Source of the DNA: Candidatus Berkelbacteria bacterium
GTDB lineage: Bacteria > Patescibacteriota > UBA1384 > CAILIB01
DNA length: 64,000 bases
Assembly: GCA_043751595.1 (NCBI GenBank)
Contig: JAYUZR010000035.1
Coordinates: 2,534 to 66,533 of the forward strand
Direction of reading: 5' to 3'
In this document: piece after piece, positions 37,057-46,773 of the stretch
How the letters are laid out: each line of letters begins with the position of its first letter
Position numbering within the stretch: the first letter of the stretch is position 1
Notes under the pieces: generated by a model
Databases searched by the model: none
Told to the model about the DNA's origin: nothing
Seen by the model: the letters and a program-made list of their open reading frames with translations, nothing else
Translations under genes and position numbers: made by a program

Positions 37057-39668
37057 GCGCAACATTACAATGGTGCGCCACTTGCAACGGCACGGGAGTA
37101 GAGGCAAAAACCGGTATGGTTCATTCCTGCCCTGTTTGCAACGGAACAGGAGGGACCGTCTTTATTTTGAACAAGCGCTTTGTCATCGATCCTCCGCTTT
37201 TGCATACCCGACACAGTGCGAGCAACGAGAGCTTTAAGCGAACACTCACTACGGGCCTAGCTGCATTCTTCTTTGTACTCATGGTAGCCGGACTGGTTGC
37301 CTGGGTAATCACTCAAGAAAAGTACGCAGCTGTCATCTTTAGCCTAGGCAGCTATGCATCACTCTTTTGGGCAGGTGGCCACTTGGCAAATATCCGTCCG
37401 CCCCACCTTAGCTTGCAGGCATTAGGTTCCACCGATAAGCCGGCTAGTTTTATTCGGTACTGCGATGACAGAGTAATTACCATTCTTGAGGGTGCAGCAC
37501 AGCAAGCACTCTCAGAAAACTCTGCCGAGATTACCCCGTTCCACATGCTGGAAGCACTTCTAGAAGATAGTAGAATCCAGAACGTACTCCTTCGTGGAGA
37601 GTGCGATCTTAACGCCTTTACTCAATATATTGCCAGCCTCAAAACTAAAGCAGAGGCGCCTGTGCAGGTTACTCATTTTTCTTCTGCATCCAAAGAGGTA
37701 CTAGCCAACTCTCTGGCCATCGCCCTAGAAAACGAGCTTCCTCATGTAGATGGCGAAGATATATTGCTAGCAATTGTTAATTACTATCCCGAACTTGCAC
37801 AGCTTGTTAAACAGTTCTCAATTACACCAGAGCAACTCTACGATTTAGCCCGCTGGATGGGGTGGGAAGATGCCCAGCGCGATTGGTGGGTACAATGGGG
37901 CAAGGGAGGACGCGGAAAGCCTAAGGGTAAGATGAATAAGGCCTGGAGTGCGCTTCCCACACCGACTCTTGATCACTTCGGGAACGATCTAACCAGCCAT
38001 ATCCCAAGAGAAAACCTTGCCCTCTTAAAGGCGCGCGATAAAGAACTCCTAGAAACCCTTGGTATTTTGGGGCGAAGTGGCCGCAATAGCATGCTAATTA
38101 GAAGTGAAGATGCTTTGGGTTCTCGCGCTATCATTTCTGCCATCGCTCTCAGAATGCTCGAAGAAAATGTTCCGGAGCCCCTTTTGGATAAGCGACTAGT
38201 CGAGGTGGATATCGCCGCCCTTCTAACTAGTAGCGCACACCCAGAACAACTACTTCAATCTCTATTAGTTGAGATTTCTAATGCCGGCAATGTTGTCTTG
38301 GTACTTCCGAGTATTCAGCTACTAGCGCCAAGTAGTAAGCAAAGCCTAGATGCCTCTGCCGTCCTTGTTTCAGCCATTACTCAAGGAAATATTCAGGTAC
38401 TGAGTACCTGCAATCATGGTGACTACCGCCGCTACATTGAAGGAAATCCCAACCTTAAAGATGCGCTCTCAGTTGTTACCCTAGCCGAACTTACCCCAGC
38501 CGAAGCCCTTCCAGTGCTAGAGCTTGAGGTTCCTCGCCTTGAAAGCAAGTACAACGTTGGCATAACCTATCCAGCCCTTATGCGTGCCGTCACGCTGGCT
38601 AGTCGCCTTATCAGCGATCCACCCCTTCCGCGCAGTGCCCTAGACCTATTAGAGGAGCTTGCTAGTGCACAGTCTCAGAAGGGCGGCGGGGTTATCGACC
38701 AATCTTCTATCGATGCCCTGGTTCAGCAAAAAACTGGAGTGCCCGTTGGTATGGTTGATGGCCAGGAAAAAGACCGTCTCCTGCATATTGAAGAGGAGTT
38801 GAGTAATCGAGTAATCGGCCAGAGCCTGGCTACCCACCTTGTTGCTCAAGCCATTCAACGTTCGCGAGCTGGTCTCCACCAGAGCAACCGTCCGGTGAGT
38901 AGCTTCTTATTTGTTGGACCTACTGGTGTAGGCAAAACCGAAACCGCTAAAGCCCTAGCTGCCATCTATTTTGGGTCGGAAGAACGAATGGTGCGCATAG
39001 ATATGAGTGAGTACCAGGAGCCGCAATCGGTGTATCGCCTAATTGGAGCACCCGCCCAGAGCAGCGATGCCCTTACCGAGGGTGGCATGCTTACCACCCC
39101 TATTCGAGAACACCCCTTTAGTCTCATTCTGCTCGATGAGTTTGAAAAGGCCCACCCCGATGTTCTTAACCTGTTCCTACAACTCTTAGATGATGGCCGC
39201 CTAACCGATAACGCCGGAAGGACCGTTAAGTACAGTAATACGATTGTGATCGCCACCTCCAATGCTGGAGTAAAAGAAATGGTAGAACTTAGCCTACGCG
39301 GGTTATCACCCGAAGAGTTTGAAAAGGAAAGTATGGCCGTGCTTAAGAACTATTATAAGCCCGAGCTTATCAACCGTTTTGATGCCGTAATTCCGTTCTC
39401 AGCACTACGAAGGGAGGAGGTACTCACCATCACCCAGAATCAGCTTAAGCACCTTATCAATTCTACTCGCGATCAAGGGTATGAAATTAGCTTTAGCGAG
39501 GATGCTGTCCAGTATATTGCTGATCGCGGATATAACCCTGAGTTTGGTGCGCGCCCGATTCGCCGGGCGGTTCAAGATATTGCCGAGAGCCGCGTAGCCT
39601 CACTCCTCCTTAGTGACCAACTTCCCAAGGATCGACCGCTGGAAATTACAGCAGACATGTTACGATAA
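37053..39668 (+). CDS. ClpA/B-family AAA+ ATPase with Zn finger, TM helices and degenerate first ATPase domain
   Basis: Two CxxCxGxG motifs, two TM helices, Clp-N repeats; D2 GPTGVGKT, LLDEFEKAH, GARPIRR intact. Confidence 0.9.
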   Translation: MSATLQWCATCNGTGVEAKTGMVHSCPVCNGTGGTVFILNKRFVIDPPLLHTRHSASNESFKRTLTTGLAAFFFVLMVAGLVAWVITQEKYAAVIFSLGSYASLFWAGGHLANIRPPHLSLQALGSTDKPASFIRYCDDRVITILEGAAQQALSENSAEITPFHMLEALLEDSRIQNVLLRGECDLNAFTQYIASLKTKAEAPVQVTHFSSASKEVLANSLAIALENELPHVDGEDILLAIVNYYPELAQLVKQFSITPEQLYDLARWMGWEDAQRDWWVQWGKGGRGKPKGKMNKAWSALPTPTLDHFGNDLTSHIPRENLALLKARDKELLETLGILGRSGRNSMLIRSEDALGSRAIISAIALRMLEENVPEPLLDKRLVEVDIAALLTSSAHPEQLLQSLLVEISNAGNVVLVLPSIQLLAPSSKQSLDASAVLVSAITQGNIQVLSTCNHGDYRRYIEGNPNLKDALSVVTLAELTPAEALPVLELEVPRLESKYNVGITYPALMRAVTLASRLISDPPLPRSALDLLEELASAQSQKGGGVIDQSSIDALVQQKTGVPVGMVDGQEKDRLLHIEEELSNRVIGQSLATHLVAQAIQRSRAGLHQSNRPVSSFLFVGPTGVGKTETAKALAAIYFGSEERMVRIDMSEYQEPQSVYRLIGAPAQSSDALTEGGMLTTPIREHPFSLILLDEFEKAHPDVLNLFLQLLDDGRLTDNAGRTVKYSNTIVIATSNAGVKEMVELSLRGLSPEEFEKESMAVLKNYYKPELINRFDAVIPFSALRREEVLTITQNQLKHLINSTRDQGYEISFSEDAVQYIADRGYNPEFGARPIRRAVQDIAESRVASLLLSDQLPKDRPLEITADMLR

Positions 39669-39672
39669 CACT

Positions 39673-40461
39673 ATGAGAATTACTCACACGATAGCAACGA
39701 GAAAAAGGGCGTTCACCCTCATCGAGCTCATGGTAGCCGTGCTTATCATTGCCTTAATTAGTGCGTTCGCCACCACCAACTTCTTGGCCGCACAGCGCAA
39801 CGCTCGTGATAACGCTCGTAAAGCAACAGTAAATGCTATAGCAACAGCTGTAGAAAGCTACTATGCCGCCAAGCGCACCTTCCCAGGGCGGACCGATGCA
39901 GCTGCTGATGTAGGTGGAGCGCCAACCAATATTACTCAATACAACGACGCCGCCCGCGGATGCCAGTTTATTCTTGATTACGGCGTCACTGGCGAATATC
40001 CTTACCTTTACAGCTACGTACCTTACACTCAAGGACAGGATTGTGATAACCCGCCTACGCCAGTACCACCTCTGGCTGGGCCAAGTGGCAGCCTTACCGT
40101 ATATGGTAATAGCTTATACCTGCCTACCAGAAGCTGGATTCCAGGCCTAGGTGATTACCTAAGCCCTACTCCGATTGAGCGTCGCTTTTCAGATGTTACC
40201 GGTAGTGGAATCGAACCCTACGCCAATCCTCCGGCAGCAGATCTTCTTGGCACCACCTACCTGCGCACCCTCCAGTATCGCCGCCTTGATGGGGGCTATA
40301 TGGTGTCTGCCAAGCTTGAAAATAGTGCCATCGACCAAGATGCAATTCCTACTGGAACCAACGATGCACAGCCTTATTTACCAAAGCGGTTCAGAAGCGC
40401 TGCTACAGGTGGAACCGGCACCGGAATTACCAACACCAATGTCTATATCATTCGTAAATAA
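39673..40461 (+). CDS. type IV pilin-like protein
   Basis: KRAFTLIELMVAVLII, ARDNARK. Confidence 0.88.
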   Translation: MRITHTIATRKRAFTLIELMVAVLIIALISAFATTNFLAAQRNARDNARKATVNAIATAVESYYAAKRTFPGRTDAAADVGGAPTNITQYNDAARGCQFILDYGVTGEYPYLYSYVPYTQGQDCDNPPTPVPPLAGPSGSLTVYGNSLYLPTRSWIPGLGDYLSPTPIERRFSDVTGSGIEPYANPPAADLLGTTYLRTLQYRRLDGGYMVSAKLENSAIDQDAIPTGTNDAQPYLPKRFRSAATGGTGTGITNTNVYIIRK

Positions 40462-41035
40462 GTATAGGCGCCTAAGCGCCTTTACTATTATCGAGCTGTT
40501 AGTGGTACTGATTATTATCGGCATCATTCTTTCGCTCAGTGGAATCCAATATAGCGTTAGCCGAAAGCATGCTCGCGACGCTCTTCGCGTTTCTCATCTT
40601 CAACAGTACGCTGCAGTACTTGAACAATCCGCCCTCCTAAGCCAGGGGCGCTATCCCAAGTCTGGTGGGGCGGGAGATATTTCCTGCGCCGATCAAATTG
40701 TCTTTCCTTCTGGAATCACGCTTTCTCAGTTTACAAACGGCATCGCCCCAAAAGACCCGTTCCCGTTTTCTACCACCATCTCTTGCAATGCAGATGCACA
40801 GGGTGGCTACAGGTACCACACCCAGTACCAACTTTCTGCCGCCAGCCAGGCCGTAGTAACTAAGCATACTTATATTCTTGAGACTCTTCTCGAGCTTGAG
40901 CGTGATACTGACACCAACATCCTACAAACCCCTGCCGAGCTAGGTGGCAACCTACCTGCCGTAGACGCTACAAGTGGCCGCTCACGCTACTTTTTGGCTG
41001 GAATCTACTGCAGCACCATGCCCTGCTACAAGTAG
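40439..41035 (+). CDS. type IV pilin-like protein
   Basis: SAFTIIELLVVLIIIG, ARDALR, PKDP; start taken at MSISF. Confidence 0.85.
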   Translation: MSISFVNKYRRLSAFTIIELLVVLIIIGIILSLSGIQYSVSRKHARDALRVSHLQQYAAVLEQSALLSQGRYPKSGGAGDISCADQIVFPSGITLSQFTNGIAPKDPFPFSTTISCNADAQGGYRYHTQYQLSAASQAVVTKHTYILETLLELERDTDTNILQTPAELGGNLPAVDATSGRSRYFLAGIYCSTMPCYK

Positions 41036-41083
41036 CCAGATCAAGCCTTGCTTAGGCCTAACAAATTGGGTATAGCAGAGTGT

Positions 41084-42250
41084 ATGACTACTACCGAGCT
41101 CACCCCCAAGCAGCAGCTCTCAGAGCTAATCCGTACAAGTAAGAGTATTCTCTTAATCACCCACGAACACCCCGATGGTGACGCACTCGGATCGCTCCTT
41201 GCCTTGCATCATGCGCTCACTAAAATGGGCAAGAAGGTTACTTCTGCAGTAGACGGCGACATTGCCGATTACTATCAGTTCCTTCCTGGAATCAATCAAA
41301 TCGAGCGCGAGTTTAGTAGCAACAAAGACCTTCTCATCATGGTTGATGAGTCACAGGCCAAGGTTGGCAATGTTTCGCTTAAGCGCCTAGGCGAGAATAA
41401 GCTAATGATCGTCGTCACGCCAAAGGATGGCATTCTTGTTCCAGAGAACTTCTTAATAGAGGACGGCTCCTTCGATTTTGATGCCATTATTGCCGTAGAT
41501 TGCTCCAGCAAAGAGCGACTAGGCGCCTTAGCAGACCGCTGCGCCGATCTCTTCTACGAGGTTCCCTTAGTTAATATCGATCACCACCCCGGTAATACCA
41601 ACTTCGGCAAGATCAATCTGGTAGATATTGCTGCTTCATCAACTGCCGAGTTACTCGTGGCCATTCTCGAGATGGTCGGGCGCGATCAAGGCCTTATCAC
41701 CGAACAAGTTGCTACCTGCCTTCTAGCTGGAATTATCTCCGATACCAGCAGCTTCCAAAACTCCAACACCACACCGAAGTCTCTTACTGTTGCTGCACAA
41801 CTAGTAGCTGCTGGCGGAAAGCAGCAAGAAATTGTCCGAGAGCTCTTTAAGAACCGCTCTCTTGCCATGCTTCGTCTTTGGGGCCGCGCCCTTTCGTACA
41901 TCAAAGAAGATGCCCCCCACCGCTTTGCCTGGTCCACCCTTAGTAAGGCAGATTTTGTCGCTTCTCAGGCCACGCCAGATATGGCTCGCAGCCTGATTGA
42001 TGAACTCCTCAAAACCGCTCAGGGTGTAGATTTTGTCCTACTTCTCACCGAAGAAGATGGTTCAGTAGTAGGAAATCTCCGCAGTGTTAAACCCACCGCC
42101 GATGTTCGCCAACTAGCCGTTAGCTTTGGTGGCGCAGGCCATGCTCAAGCAGCCGGATTTACCCTTGAAGATGCAAAGATTCAAGAGAAAGAACAAGAAA
42201 TCATTTCTCAGATTCGCCAACTTCTTACCGACGGCCTTTCGGCAGTCTAG
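41084..42250 (+). CDS. DHH/DHHA1 phosphoesterase (NrnA-like) with internal insertion
   Basis: HEHPDGDALGS, IDHH, SDTSSF, GGAGHAQAAG. Confidence 0.9.
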   Translation: MTTTELTPKQQLSELIRTSKSILLITHEHPDGDALGSLLALHHALTKMGKKVTSAVDGDIADYYQFLPGINQIEREFSSNKDLLIMVDESQAKVGNVSLKRLGENKLMIVVTPKDGILVPENFLIEDGSFDFDAIIAVDCSSKERLGALADRCADLFYEVPLVNIDHHPGNTNFGKINLVDIAASSTAELLVAILEMVGRDQGLITEQVATCLLAGIISDTSSFQNSNTTPKSLTVAAQLVAAGGKQQEIVRELFKNRSLAMLRLWGRALSYIKEDAPHRFAWSTLSKADFVASQATPDMARSLIDELLKTAQGVDFVLLLTEEDGSVVGNLRSVKPTADVRQLAVSFGGAGHAQAAGFTLEDAKIQEKEQEIISQIRQLLTDGLSAV

Positions 42251-42328
42251 CAATTGGTTGAATCTCGGCGGAAATTAAGATATAGTCACCACGTTTTACA
42301 GCGCCCTAGCGCATTTCATCTACCTCGT

Positions 42329-42580
42329 ATGTCAACAGTCCAGGTTACCCAATTCCAAACCCACCCTAACGACACCGGTTCTGTACAGGTACAGATCGCG
42401 CGTCTTAGCCAAACTATCACCGAGCTCACCGAGCACCTTAAGCTTCACCGCAAAGATCACAGCTCACGCGCTGGTCTTCTTAAAATGGTTGGCCGCCGCC
42501 GCCGTCTACTTAATTACCTATCGAACAACAGCCAGAGTTCCTACGCGGATCTCATCAAAGAGCTAGGGCTTCGTAAGTAA
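42329..42580 (+). CDS. rpsO: 30S ribosomal protein S15
   Basis: [34 protein letters not shown]. Confidence 0.97.
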   Translation: MSTVQVTQFQTHPNDTGSVQVQIARLSQTITELTEHLKLHRKDHSSRAGLLKMVGRRRRLLNYLSNNSQSSYADLIKELGLRK

Positions 42581-44685
42581 TGGCGCTTCAGCGCTATACC
42601 AGTCTACTAGGAGAGACCAAGCTCACATTCGAGTTTGGTCGCTTTGCTGAACAGGCCCACGCAGCTGTCACCGTACAGGCTGGTGAGACCGTAGTACTGG
42701 CCACCGTTGTGGTTGCTAAACAAGAGCGCGAAGGTATCGATTACTTCCCTCTTATGGTTGATTACGAGGAGCGTCTCTACGCTGCTGGTAAGATTTCTGG
42801 CTCTCGCTTTATTAAGCGCGAAGGCCGTCCATCTGAAGAAGCCATTCTTACCGCCCGCCTCGTCGATCGTCCGCTCCGTCCCCTCTTCGATAAAAAGTTT
42901 CGCCGCGATGTTCAGGTAATTATTACCGTTCTTTCGGTAGATACCGAGTACGACCCAGATGTTTTGGCGATTATCGCCGCTTCTGCCGCTCTAAGCAAAG
43001 CTGGCAAGGCTCCTTTTGCCGGACCAGTTGCCGCTTGCCGCATTGGTATGATCGACGGAAAACTCGTGGTACACCCTACCCGCCTTCAGATGGAAGCATC
43101 CGATCTCGATTTGGTTGTAGCTGGTACTGCTGACCGCATCATGATGGTTGAAGCTGGCGCTAACGAAGTTCCTGAAGATGTAATGCTTGAGGCACTTAAA
43201 CTCGCACAGAGCTCGATGCAAGATGTGATCAAGACTCAAAAAGAGTTCTTCGTCCCCTATTCTTCTGAAGAAGCTATCAAGGCTGGGCCAACTGCCGAAG
43301 ATACTATTATCGAGCAATACGGATCAGCCATTAAGGCCGCTTACGCTACTGGCGCAGATCGTCGCGAAAAGCTTGATGCCCTTCTGGCCACTATCTTGGT
43401 TGAGCTTGATGGCAAGTTTAAGCAAAGTGAGATTAAGACTGTTTTCGGCAAGTTGTTCGATAAAGAAGTACGCACCGCTATTCTCGATCGCAAAGAACGC
43501 CCAGATGGTCGCGCCATTACCGAGGTTCGCCCAATCACTATTGAGGTCGGCCTCCTGCCCCGCACTCACGGATCTGGTTTGTTCACTCGCGGACAGACAC
43601 AGGCTCTTACCATTGCCACCCTTGGCGCACCTGGTGATGAGCAGATGATTGACACTATGGAGACCGAAGGTACCAAGCGCTACATGCACCACTACAACTT
43701 CCCTCCGTTTTCAACCGGAGAGACCTCCCCTGTTCGTGGCGCATCCCGCCGCGAGATTGGGCACGGAGCCCTCGCTGAACGCGCCCTGGTGCCCGTTTTG
43801 CCGGATAAGGATACTTTCCCCTACACCATTCGTTTAGTGTCCGAGATTCTGTCCTCAAACGGTTCTTCGTCGATGGCTGCAACCTGCGGCTCTACCCTCG
43901 CCCTTATGGACGCTGGTGTGCCCATTAAAAAGCCAGTTGCCGGTGTTGCTATGGGATTGGTTACCAACCACGACTCTAGTGTGTTCGAGGTCTTAACCGA
44001 TCTACAGGGACAAGAAGACTTCTCTGGCGATATGGACTTCAAGATTGCTGGAACAAGAGATGGTATTACTGCTATCCAGATGGATACCAAGATTGCCGGT
44101 CTTAGCTGGCCCATTATTGAGCAGACGCTTACTCAGGCCTACACCGGGCGTATGCACATTATGGATAAGATGCTCGAAGCTCTTCCTGAGCCTCGTGCCG
44201 ATATCTCTGCCTATGCACCGCGCATTGTGGCGATCAAGATTGCTCCCGAGAAAATTGGTGAGCTTATCGGACCTGGTGGGAAAAACATCAATAGAATTAT
44301 TGATGCAGCTGGTGGAAAGTCTGTTACCTCAATTGATATTGAAGAGGACGGAACGGTTCTTATTTCTTCAACCGACGCTGAGTTAGCCCAACACGCTATC
44401 TCTGAGATTCAGGCCATTGGCCGCGTAATCGAGGTTGGTGAGGTGTTCGATGGCTACGTTGCCGGTATCGTGCGTGATCGTAACGATCCTACTAAGGAAA
44501 TTGGAGCAATCGTTGAGTTCTTGCCTGGCAAGGATGGTATGGTCCATATTTCTCAAGTTAGCAACGAGCGTATCGCCAATATTTCATCTTTGTTGAATGT
44601 TGGTGACACCGTACGCGTTAAGGTGATTGCCATTGATCCAGAGAAGGGACGCTTCTCCCTCTCGATCAAAGATGTGACCGACTAG
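42580..44685 (+). CDS. pnp: polyribonucleotide nucleotidyltransferase
   Basis: FIKREGRP, RREIGHG, SNGSSS, GDMDFK, KH and S1 domains. Confidence 0.98.
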   Translation: MALQRYTSLLGETKLTFEFGRFAEQAHAAVTVQAGETVVLATVVVAKQEREGIDYFPLMVDYEERLYAAGKISGSRFIKREGRPSEEAILTARLVDRPLRPLFDKKFRRDVQVIITVLSVDTEYDPDVLAIIAASAALSKAGKAPFAGPVAACRIGMIDGKLVVHPTRLQMEASDLDLVVAGTADRIMMVEAGANEVPEDVMLEALKLAQSSMQDVIKTQKEFFVPYSSEEAIKAGPTAEDTIIEQYGSAIKAAYATGADRREKLDALLATILVELDGKFKQSEIKTVFGKLFDKEVRTAILDRKERPDGRAITEVRPITIEVGLLPRTHGSGLFTRGQTQALTIATLGAPGDEQMIDTMETEGTKRYMHHYNFPPFSTGETSPVRGASRREIGHGALAERALVPVLPDKDTFPYTIRLVSEILSSNGSSSMAATCGSTLALMDAGVPIKKPVAGVAMGLVTNHDSSVFEVLTDLQGQEDFSGDMDFKIAGTRDGITAIQMDTKIAGLSWPIIEQTLTQAYTGRMHIMDKMLEALPEPRADISAYAPRIVAIKIAPEKIGELIGPGGKNINRIIDAAGGKSVTSIDIEEDGTVLISSTDAELAQHAISEIQAIGRVIEVGEVFDGYVAGIVRDRNDPTKEIGAIVEFLPGKDGMVHISQVSNERIANISSLLNVGDTVRVKVIAIDPEKGRFSLSIKDVTD

Positions 44686-44701
44686 GCGAGTAGTCGCTTG
44701 T

Positions 44702-44735
44702 ACTAAAAAAGAACGGGAAACCGTTCTTTTTTAGT
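44702..44735. terminator. bidirectional terminator between pnp and tRNA-Ile
   Basis: ACTAAAAAAGAACGG-GAAA-CCGTTCTTTTTTAGT. Confidence 0.85.
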
Positions 44736-44811
44736 GGTCGGCTTGATGGGACTTGAACCCATGACCGGCGCCTTATAAGAGCGCTGCTCTAACCAGCTGA
44801 GCTACAAGCCG
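44735..44811 (-). tRNA. tRNA-Ile (TAT)
   Basis: CGGCTTG...CAAGCCG-ACCA; anticodon stem GCGCT/GGCGC with loop CTTATAA. Confidence 0.9.
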
Positions 44812-44822
44812 AGAGAAGGAGG

Positions 44823-44904
44823 GAATAAACAAGTTTACTTGTTTATTCGTGACTGAACGAGGCGTGTATCCGGCAAGGCCGGATACCAGGAGACACAAGA
44901 CACC
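44823..44904. repeat. hairpin plus repeat unit upstream of tRNA-Ile
   Basis: GTATCCGGC-AAG-GCCGGATAC followed by CAGGAGACACAAGAC, identical to 25033-25047. Confidence 0.7.
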
Positions 44905-44936
44905 CAAAAACCTGTCTCACTATGCCAGAATCTCTC

Positions 44937-46064
44937 CTACTTTCCAGGCCCATCTACCCGATAGAACAATGCTTCATCCTCCTGCTGCCTCCCACACTTA
45001 ACAGCATCAATCGCTGCGATAACTTGCGCAATGGATGAATCCCCCACAAGCTCACCCTTAAGCTTCTTCATTTTTTTCTGAAGTTGATCAGTTGATACCG
45101 TCTTAGTTTGATCATCTTCATATACATACTTCAAAGCATAATGACCTTTGTAGGTATTTAGCTTTTTGCGATGCACCTGAAGCTCACCATTGGTGCATCT
45201 ACATGTATTATGCAGTCTTAAGCAGCTGCAACTAGATTCTAAGCCAATAACCCAAGGTGAATCCGTACTAAGTCTTTCGTGTAAAGCATGTTGAAAAGAT
45301 GTACCAACACTGGATAACTGGCTAAGCAGAAGAGTTTCGTGGGAACCTGCAGACCGAACACTTTTAACCAGAGTAGTAACTGCACCGAATTGGGAAAGCT
45401 CTATTGTAGGCTGATCAGCCAATGCCTGCACCAGTTGTTTAAGTACTGATCTTTGTGGGAAGGGGAGATCTATGATTAGGATAGGCTGCTTAGCCAAGTA
45501 TGCAATCTGCAGCGCGCGAAACAACCCGACTGGAACTTCAATCAACTCACCACTGGAACTTATGACTGGATCGCTAGGCTTCTCTAAATAACCTAAAGCT
45601 TCGGACAAGGCTGATACTTGCTTTCCAAGTTTTAGTGAGCCCCTAACCTTAGGTAGTACAACTTTTTTTGAGGTGGTTAGTTGACCCAGCGCTTGCTCAA
45701 AAGCCGGCTCTAGGTAGACTGAGCCGTTCAAATGCAGTGAGCCAAGCAAGGCGGGGGAACTAGATGGTAGTTTTTTATTCTGAACCAGATACCACAGGGC
45801 AACCGCAATGGGCAGCTCCAAAGAAGTAGTATGTTCAAGCGAGTACTCAGAATACACACTTACGGTAACTCGAACCAAAGGAAGGGCTAATCCTAAGGTG
45901 CGCAGCGTGGCCCGCACCTTTTCTCGTATATTCCTGCCTTGCCCGGGGCTTATCCCAATCACATTAAACACTGGCATTCCGGGATTAATAACCACCTCAA
46001 TTGATACCGGAACCAGCCCCTGAGAGGCCAGCGCATAACTACTTAGTTGAATATACTTTTGCAT
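44937..46064 (-). CDS. degenerate ComM/YifB (Mg-chelatase-like) homolog
   Basis: N-terminal VSIEV..PG.P.FNVIG, REKVRA, LELPIAV, LGSLHLNG and CSC...CRC retained; no Walker A/B. Confidence 0.65.
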   Translation of the reverse strand: MQKYIQLSSYALASQGLVPVSIEVVINPGMPVFNVIGISPGQGRNIREKVRATLRTLGLALPLVRVTVSVYSEYSLEHTTSLELPIAVALWYLVQNKKLPSSSPALLGSLHLNGSVYLEPAFEQALGQLTTSKKVVLPKVRGSLKLGKQVSALSEALGYLEKPSDPVISSSGELIEVPVGLFRALQIAYLAKQPILIIDLPFPQRSVLKQLVQALADQPTIELSQFGAVTTLVKSVRSAGSHETLLLSQLSSVGTSFQHALHERLSTDSPWVIGLESSCSCLRLHNTCRCTNGELQVHRKKLNTYKGHYALKYVYEDDQTKTVSTDQLQKKMKKLKGELVGDSSIAQVIAAIDAVKCGRQQEDEALFYRVDGPGK

Positions 46065-46179
46065 AGGCAGGTTATACAGTTGCTGCCTTTTCACTTTCCA
46101 GGCTATGCAAGGATTCTGGCCGTTTGCATAGCCCTCGACACCCTCATCCCAATCTGGTAAGGTCTCTCTCGACTGGCGA

Positions 46180-46264
46180 GCCGCGATGGCGGAATGGTAT
46201 ACGCACTAGGTTGAGGGCCTAGCCCAGCAATGGGGTGAGGGTTCGAGTCCCTCTCGCGGCACCA
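46180..46264 (+). tRNA. tRNA-Leu (GAG)
   Basis: Long variable arm, loop TTGAGGG, CCA end. Confidence 0.95.
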
Positions 46265-46280
46265 GTATTTTAGTTACACC

Positions 46281-46679
46281 ATGACACTTAGCAATTATTG
46301 GTCGTTTCAAAATCTGTTTGCGTACCGACCACTTCTTCAGTGGCCGTTGCAGTGGTGGTATGTTGGCATGCTGGCACTTCTCCTCGTTGTGCTCGTAGTT
46401 AGCTTTATCATCCGCAAAAAGATTGGCCAAGAAGTTGCTTCGCTCCTTATCAATTTTTGTCTTACCAATCTCTTCTGGGGAGGTATTCTCTACTTCTTCA
46501 GAGTCCAGCGTATTCCACTCTTCGGAATGGATATCTGGCGCCTCTTGCAAGAACTAAGCATGGCTATCTACCTTGGTGTTGCACTTCCTGCTACCATCAG
46601 AGCAGCTCGAATTAACAAACAAGAGCAGAAGCAGGTTGCAGCTAAAGAAAAGTACCTACCCAAGCCAAAGAAAGCCTAA
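46281..46679 (+). CDS. hypothetical membrane protein
   Basis: Three TM helices, FFRVQRIP and EKYLPK. Confidence 0.65.
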   Translation: MTLSNYWSFQNLFAYRPLLQWPLQWWYVGMLALLLVVLVVSFIIRKKIGQEVASLLINFCLTNLFWGGILYFFRVQRIPLFGMDIWRLLQELSMAIYLGVALPATIRAARINKQEQKQVAAKEKYLPKPKKA

Positions 46680-46773
46680 GTCGGTCTGCATACATTGATC
46701 ACTCGCCTACTCGAGTCATTGCGTATGCCGATCGCCCTCAGGGCGGCGCAGAAGAAAGGGTTATTTATAACCT

